NCBI GenBank assembly: GCA_028826165.1
Contig: JAPDFW010000071.1
Span: forward strand, 248,001-312,000
Reading direction: 5' to 3'
Length of the DNA: 64,000 nt
DNA from: Anaeramoeba ignava BMAN
Lineage: Eukaryota > Protista > Anaeramoebae
Made by a program: the position numbers and the translations under genes. The notes under the pieces are model-generated. The model saw only the letters and a list, made by a program, of their open reading frames with translations. It ran no database searches and was not told the DNA's origin. Shown here piece after piece: positions 57,801 through 64,000 of the stretch (position 1 is its first letter; every line of letters starts with the position of its first letter).

Positions 57801-60177
57801 ATTTAAGAAATTATTTAATAAATTATTTAAGAAATTATTTAAGAAATTATTTAAGAAATTATTTAAGAAATTATTTAATAAATTATTTAAGAAATTATTT
57901 AAGAAATTATTTAATAAATTATTTAATAAATTATTTAATCAATTATTATTTAATTATTTAATAAATTATTTAAGAAATTGTTTGTAAATTATTTAATAAA
58001 TTATTTAATAAATTATTTAAGAAATTATTTAAGAAATTATTTAAGAAATTATTTAAGAAATTATTTAATAAATTATTTAATAAATTATTTAATAAATTAT
58101 TTAAGAAATTATTTAAGAAATTATTTAATAAATTATTTAATAAATTATTTAAATTAATAAAATTTATTTGTTTAATTATTTAATAAATTATTTAAGAAAT
58201 TATTTAATAAATTATTTAATAAATTATTTAATAAATTATTTAAGAAATTATTTAATTATTTAAGAAATTATTTAATAAATTGTTTAATAAATTATTTAAG
58301 AAATTATTTAAGAAATTATTTAAGAAATTATTTAAAATTATTTAATTAATTATTTAATAAATTATTTAATAAATTATTTAATAAATTATTTAATAAATTA
58401 TTTAAGAAATTATTTAATAAATTATTTAAGAAATTATTTAATAAATTATTTAATTAATTATTTAAGAAATTATTTAAGAAATTATTCTTTAAGAAATTAT
58501 TTAAGAAATTATTTAATAAATTATTTAAGAAATTGTTTAATAAATTATTTAATAAATTATTTAAGAAATTATTTAATAAATTATTTAATAAATTATTTAA
58601 GAAATTGTTTAATTATTTAATAAATTATTTAAGAAATTATTTAATAAATTATTTAAGAAATTATTTAAGAAATTATTTAATAAATTATTTAAGAAATTAT
58701 TTATTTAATTATTTAAGAAATTATTTAAGAAATTATTTAAGAAATTATTTAATAAATTATTTAAGAAATTATTTAATAAATTATTTAATTAATTATTTAA
58801 GAATTATTTAAGAAATTATTTAAGAAATTATTTAATAAATTATTTAAGAAATTATTTAATAAATTATTTAATAAATTATTTAATAAATTATTTAAGAAAT
58901 TATTTAAGAAATTATTTAATAAATTATTTAATAAATTATTTAAGAAATTATTTAATAAATTATTTAATAAATTATTTAATAAATTATTTAAGAAATTATT
59001 TAAGAAATTATTTAAGAAATTATTTAATTAATTATTTAAGAAATTATTTAATAAATTATTTAATAAATTGTTTAATAAATTATTTAAGAAATTATTTAAT
59101 AAATTATTTAATTAATTATTTAAGAAATTATTTAAGAAATTATTTAAGAGATTATTTAAGAAATTATTTAAGAAATTATTTAAGAAATTATTTAAGAAAT
59201 TATTTAAGAAATTATTTAATTATTTAAGAAATTATTTAAGAAATTATTTAATAAATTATTTAATAAATTATTTAAGAAATTATTTAATAATTTGAAATTA
59301 TTTAATAAATTATTTAATAAATTATTTAATAAATTATTTAAATTATTTAATAAATTATTTATTTAATTATTTAATAAATTATTTAAGAAATTATTTAAGA
59401 AATTATTTAATTAAATTATTTAATAAATTATTTAAGAAATTATTTAATAAATTATTTAATAAATTATTTAAGAAATTATTTAAGAAATTATTTAATAAAT
59501 TATTTAATAAATTATTTAATAAATTATTTAATAAATTATTTAATTAAATTATTTAAGAAATTATTTAATAAATTATTTAATAAATTATTTAATAAATTAT
59601 TTAAGAAATTATTTAAGAAATTATTTAATAAATTATTTAATAATTTAATTATTTAAGAAATTATTTAATTAATTATTTAAGAAATTATTTAAGAAATTAT
59701 TTAATAAATTATTTAAGAAATTATTTAATAAATTATTTAATAAATTATTTAAGAAATTATTTAAGAAATTATTTAAGAAATTATTTAATAAATTATTTAA
59801 GAAATTGTTTAATTAATTGTTTAAGAAATTGTTTAAGAAATTGTTTAATTATTTAATTATTTATTTGTTTAATTATTTAGTTATTTAAGAAAAAAGCAAA
59901 AAATTTTTTGCTCTTTTCCTTCTCTCAAATTCCCATTTTATATACATACTTGTCCATTCTCATCTAAAACTGGTTCATTATCCTCAATAACAACAGGATT
60001 TTCAATAACACAATACTGTCTTGGTCCAACTAAAATCATTTGTTTTGGTCCGTCAACAACTTTTTCATTATGTTGTTTTAAATAAGTTAATGGACCAACA
60101 AATAAACGAGTTATGTTTGTGTCTTCATCTAAAACATGTATATATTCATATGGTTTGAGTTTTATTGTATCTGACAT
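54834..60177 (-). CDS. MVP: Major vault protein, 2 exons; two +1 indels (about 56500 and 55585)
   Basis: Exon 1 60177-59950, intron 59949-57191, exon 2 57190-54834. Nine MVP repeats (PYEYIHVLD..N..GP.TY; FPLYPGE; RKAG.EW; EGVYVRD..G; RDKTRVV..AVQIYDY), shoulder (LLLGPDF.TD..VETSDHARL..VPDFIGD.CKAI.SRIRG.VA) and cap helix (LQKSVQLAI.ITT.SQEA.ARHEA). Confidence 0.95.
57200..59890 (-). repeat. 12-mer satellite (plus strand AAATTATTTAAK)n, over 200 copies, filling the 2759-nt MVP intron
   Basis: aaattatttaag / aaattatttaat units between donor GTATGT (59949) and acceptor TTTTAG (57191). Confidence 0.95.
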
Positions 60178-60501
60178 TCAAAAATAAAAGAAAATAGAAG
60201 AAAAAATGAAAATTAAAATTAAAAAAATTAAAATTAAAATTTTAATTAAAATTAAGAAAAAAAAATTAAATAAAATTTCCCTTTTACAAAATGAGAACAA
60301 GTTACCTTTTTTGCTTTTTATTTTATTTTATATTTTTTTTAAAAGGTCACAATTAAATAAAGTTGAGTTTAATTTCGAAAAAAAAATTTTAAAATCGAAG
60401 AAAAATGTTTTTTTGATTTAATTAGAATTAAAAAGATTAAAAAAAAAAAAAGAGAATTGGAAAAAATTAAGATTTTGAAAATGTGAAATCAAAATGAAAG
60501 T

Positions 60502-63500
60502 TTAAAGTTTTGATTTATAATTTTCTATTATAGATTCAAGATTCAATTCAGGATGAATTTTACTTAATTTTGTTAAAAATTCAATTGAAATATCATAAAT
60601 CTTTTGTTCGATAAAAAAATTCACCAAATCCTCAATAAATTGATTTTTTTCGGATGAATTTTTTTTGATTAAATCGGAAAAAATTTGGATTGCCTCTTCA
60701 ATTTTTTGTTGATAAATCAAAATCTTTGTAATATGGAAAGTAGCATTTATTGAAGGGTCGATTTGGTGAGCCTTTTTATAAAATTCAAGGGATTTATCGA
60801 GAAGTTCCTTTTTAAGATAGACACCAGCAAGATTATAAAAAACATCATAACTTGAACTTCTGAGAGACAAACATTTCTCGTAAATTTGAATTGAGCTATC
60901 GAAATCTTCGATTTTTTCGTAAAGAATGGCAAGATTCCAAAGACAATCGAAATTGGATGGATCTATACTAATTGCTTTTTGATAATTTTTAAATGCTTCT
61001 TCATGATTTCCTATATGATCGTAAACAAAAGCAAGATTGTAGTGAGAATTTGAAATTGAATTGGAATTTGGATTGGAATCATCAATAGAGATTGCCTTTT
61101 GAGCTGATTCAATTGATTTCGTATAGTTTTCAATGGAAAAATAAGCCGTAGACAAATTGTTGAAAATATCCGGAGTTTCCATGCCTAATTCAATAGCTTT
61201 GTTCCAGTTTTCGATCGCAAGAGTGTATTTTCCTGTGTTGTCATAAACAACTCCAAGTGCGAAATAAGCGTCGGCAAAATTGGGATTTTTTTCAATTGAG
61301 AATTTGTAGCTGTCAACTGCGTTTTTGATATCGTTAATTTCTTCATAACATTTACCCAAGTAGTAGAAATGAAGATAATTGGCAACTTGCATTTTGACAA
61401 GCACTGTGTATGTTTCAATTACTTTCCGTGTTTTTTGTTGCGAAAGGTAAATTGATACTAACGTTTCATAAGCGCGGATCTGTTTTGGATCAATTACGAT
61501 TATTTGTTCCAAACATTTTTCTGCTTCTGAAATTTTTCCCTTTTGGATCAAAACTTGTGACAAAAGATTCCATCCTTCAATGTTATTTGGATCTAATTCT
61601 GTTGACGTTCTAAGTGCTTCAATGGCTTTGTCAATGTCGTTTTTCTGAATATATGTTTTTCCCAACAAAAAATATCCTTTTCCACTTTTAGGTGACAGTG
61701 ACACAAATTCAACAAGCATTGTGATTGCTTCCTCGAGCAAGTTTTCCGAAATGTACAAATCAAAAAGTGCTTGTAATGTTTCTTCGTTGCCACTGTCTAA
61801 TTCAAGTGCCTTTTTGTATAGTGAAATGGCTTCTTGAATACGATTTTGTTTTTCTTGGCATTGACCACTGTAGAATAGTGCTTTGCTGTTTGTTGGTTCT
61901 TTTCCAAAAACGACATTGAAATATTTTCCGGCTTGTTCGTAGTTTTTTTCTTCAAAATATGCCTTTGCTAAATTAAACAAGATTTGGGGTGTTTCTTTCT
62001 TGTTTTTGTTGAGCTCTTCATAATATTTGATTGCATTGGAAAAATCTTTAATAATTAAATAACATTGAGCAAGATCTTCCATTGATTTATAATTATTGGG
62101 ATCTTTTTCCAAAACAAGACAAAGGACTTTGATTTTTGATTTCGTGTCTTTTTTTTCTTGGTTTTGATTTTCATCTTGTTTTTGATCTTGTTGTTTTTTG
62201 TTTTTTGGAACATTTTTTTTGACATTTTTTTTGACAAGTTTTTTGAATTTTGTTGTTTTTGTTGTTTTTGTTTTTGCTTGATCTTCTTCATTTTTTTCGA
62301 ATTTCGGTTGTTTTTCTGAAGATGTTCTTCTAATAAGTCTTTGAATTTTTTTATTAGAATACGGTTTTTTTTGGAGAGCATTTGATTTCGAAATTGTTTT
62401 TTTTACAAGTGGCGTTTGTTTGTTTTGAACAGAGATTTTAGTTTTAATTGATTTTTTATTTTTTTGATCTTGTTTTTCATTTTTTTCTTGATCTTGATCT
62501 TTATCTTTATCTTTATCTTTATTTTGATCTTGATCATTTTGTTGGAATTTTTGTTGTTTTTCTGAAGATGTTCTTTTAATTAATCTTTTGATTTTTTTAT
62601 TAGTATTTGGTGCTTTTTTAACTGGATTTTTTACAGTTGATTTTTGATTTTTTTGAGAAGGAGTTTGACTTATTTTAGAAGTTTTGATTTGTTTTTTGTT
62701 TTTTATGTTGCTTTGATTTTGGGGGTTTTTTTTAACTTGTTTCTTTTTGATGATAACATTTTTTTGTTTTTGTATTTTATTATTTTTATCATCTTTTTCA
62801 ATTTGTTTATCTTTTTTTTTAATTTGATTTTTAATTTGATTATCTTCTTGAATTTGATTATCATTTTCAATTTGTTTATCTTTTTCGAATTTGTTTATCA
62901 TTTTCAATTTGTTTTTCAATTTGATTATCTTTTTGAATTTGATTATCTTTTTTTGAATTTGATTATCTTTTTCAATTTGATTATCTTTTTCAATTTTATT
63001 ATCTTTTTCTTCAATTTGATTATCTTTTTCAATTTGTTTATCTTTTTGAATTTGATTATCTTTTTCAATTTGATTATCATTTTCAATTTGATTATCTTCT
63101 TCAATTTGATTATCATTTTCTTCAATTTGATTATCTTCTTGAATTTGATTATCTTCTTTAATTTGATTATCTTTTTCAATTTGATTATCATTTTCAATTT
63201 GTTTTTCAATTTGATTATCTTTTTTAATTTGTTTTTGAATTTGATTATCTTCTTGAATTTGATTATCTTTTTCAATTTGTTTTTGAATTTGATTATCTTT
63301 TTGAATTTGATTATCTTTTTGAATTTGATTATCTTTTTGAATTTGATTATCTTTTTCTCCAATTTGATTATCTTTTTCTTCAATTTGATTATCTTCTTGA
63401 ATTTGATTATCATTTTGAATTTGATTATCATTTTCAATTTGATTATCATTTTCAATTTGATTATCATTTTCAATTTGATTATCATTTTCAATTTGATTAT

Positions 63501-64000
63501 CTTCATGAATTTGTTTTTCAATTTGATTATCTTCTTGAATTTGATTATCATTTTCAATTTGATTATCATTTTCAATTTGTTTTTGAATTTGATTATCATT
63601 TTGAATTTGATTATCATTTTCAATTTGATTATCTTTTTCAATTTGTTTTTGAATTTGATTATCATTTTGAATTTGATTATCATTTTGAATTTGATTATCT
63701 TTTTCAATTTGATTATCATTTTCTTTAATTTGATTATCTTTTTTAATTTGATTATCTTCATGAATTTGTTTTTCAATTTGATTATCTTCTTTAATTTGAT
63801 TTTTTTCTTGAATTTGATTATCATTTTCTTGAATTTGATTATCTTTTTCAATTTGATTATCTTTTTGAATTTGATTATCATTTTGAATTTGATTATCATT
63901 TTGAATTTGATTATCATTTTCTTCAATTTGATTATCTTCTTTAATTTGATTATCTTCTTCAATTTGTTTTTGAATTTGATTATCTTCTTCAATTTGATTT
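60502..64000 (-). CDS. Multi-TPR protein with long low-complexity N-terminus; 5'-partial, +1 break at about 62886
   Basis: About 13-14 TPRs (e.g. ADAYFALGVVYDNTGKYTLAIENWNKAIEL). The upstream 18-nt repeat reads (EKDNQI/ENDNQI)n, continuous with QIENDNQIQEDNQ at the ORF start. Confidence 0.8.
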   Translation of the reverse strand, partial: NQIEEDNQIQKQIEEDNQIKEDNQIEENDNQIQNDNQIQNDNQIQKDNQIEKDNQIQENDNQIQEKNQIKEDNQIEKQIHEDNQIKKDNQIKENDNQIEKDNQIQNDNQIQNDNQIQKQIEKDNQIENDNQIQNDNQIQKQIENDNQIENDNQIQEDNQIEKQIHEDNQIENDNQIENDNQIENDNQIENDNQIQNDNQIQEDNQIEEKDNQIGEKDNQIQKDNQIQKDNQIQKDNQIQKQIEKDNQIQEDNQIQKQIKKDNQIEKQIENDNQIEKDNQIKEDNQIQEDNQIEENDNQIEEDNQIENDNQIEKDNQIQKDKQIEKDNQIEEKDNKIEKDNQIEKDNQIQKKIIKFKKIIKLKNKLKMINKFEKDKQIENDNQIQEDNQIKNQIKKKDKQIEKDDKNNKIQKQKNVIIKKKQVKKNPQNQSNIKNKKQIKTSKISQTPSQKNQKSTVKNPVKKAPNTNKKIKRLIKRTSSEKQQKFQQNDQDQNKDKDKDKDQDQEKNEKQDQKNKKSIKTKISVQNKQTPLVKKTISKSNALQKKPYSNKKIQRLIRRTSSEKQPKFEKNEEDQAKTKTTKTTKFKKLVKKNVKKNVPKNKKQQDQKQDENQNQEKKDTKSKIKVLCLVLEKDPNNYKSMEDLAQCYLIIKDFSNAIKYYEELNKNKKETPQILFNLAKAYFEEKNYEQAGKYFNVVFGKEPTNSKALFYSGQCQEKQNRIQEAISLYKKALELDSGNEETLQALFDLYISENLLEEAITMLVEFVSLSPKSGKGYFLLGKTYIQKNDIDKAIEALRTSTELDPNNIEGWNLLSQVLIQKGKISEAEKCLEQIIVIDPKQIRAYETLVSIYLSQQKTRKVIETYTVLVKMQVANYLHFYYLGKCYEEINDIKNAVDSYKFSIEKNPNFADAYFALGVVYDNTGKYTLAIENWNKAIELGMETPDIFNNLSTAYFSIENYTKSIESAQKAISIDDSNPNSNSISNSHYNLAFVYDHIGNHEEAFKNYQKAISIDPSNFDCLWNLAILYEKIEDFDSSIQIYEKCLSLRSSSYDVFYNLAGVYLKKELLDKSLEFYKKAHQIDPSINATFHITKILIYQQKIEEAIQIFSDLIKKNSSEKNQFIEDLVNFFIEQKIYDISIEFLTKLSKIHPELNLESIIENYKSKL
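62820..64000 (-). repeat. 18-nt coding tandem repeat (GAAAAAGATAATCAAATT)n = EKDNQI
   Basis: aatttgattatctttttc variants running to the window edge. Confidence 0.9.

Noticed and set aside
39681-60177. RtcB + MVP as a linked RNA-repair/vault gene cluster
   Set aside because: They are 12 kb apart on opposite strands with three unrelated genes between them. No TROVE/Ro gene or vault RNA was recognised, so proximity alone is not evidence.

Overview
Very AT-rich eukaryotic (protist) genomic DNA with GT-AG spliceosomal introns and the standard genetic code. The poly-NQ/NE tracts and the ankyrin/RCC1 + tandem-BTB gene families suggest an Anaeramoeba-like metamonad; this is inference only. I reconstruct 17 protein-coding genes: VPS13 3' end, AMPK beta, prokaryote-like GalT, a DOCK-DHR2-like/BTB fusion, CTNNBL1, two tandem ankyrin-BTB paralogs, an SLC12 cotransporter, RCC1-BTB, an RGS-DH-PH-MORN protein, a ChAPs (exomer) homolog, an SBBP/Cys-rich/FN3 receptor kinase, bacterial-type RtcB, an 8-exon 2-TM/BTB-BTB-BACK protein, an ML-domain type I membrane protein, a protein with a GATase-like C-terminal domain, and major vault protein; a TPR protein also runs off the right edge. 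The most striking non-coding structure is that every intron over 200 nt is filled with a short-period tandem repeat, mostly with locus-specific units and mostly AG-poor on the transcribed strand. Similar arrays start right after several stop codons, and tandem TCATTTT (Inr-like) arrays precede most start codons. About ten single-base frameshifts are best read as assembly indels. No rRNA, tRNA, CRISPR array, intein or transposon was recognised.
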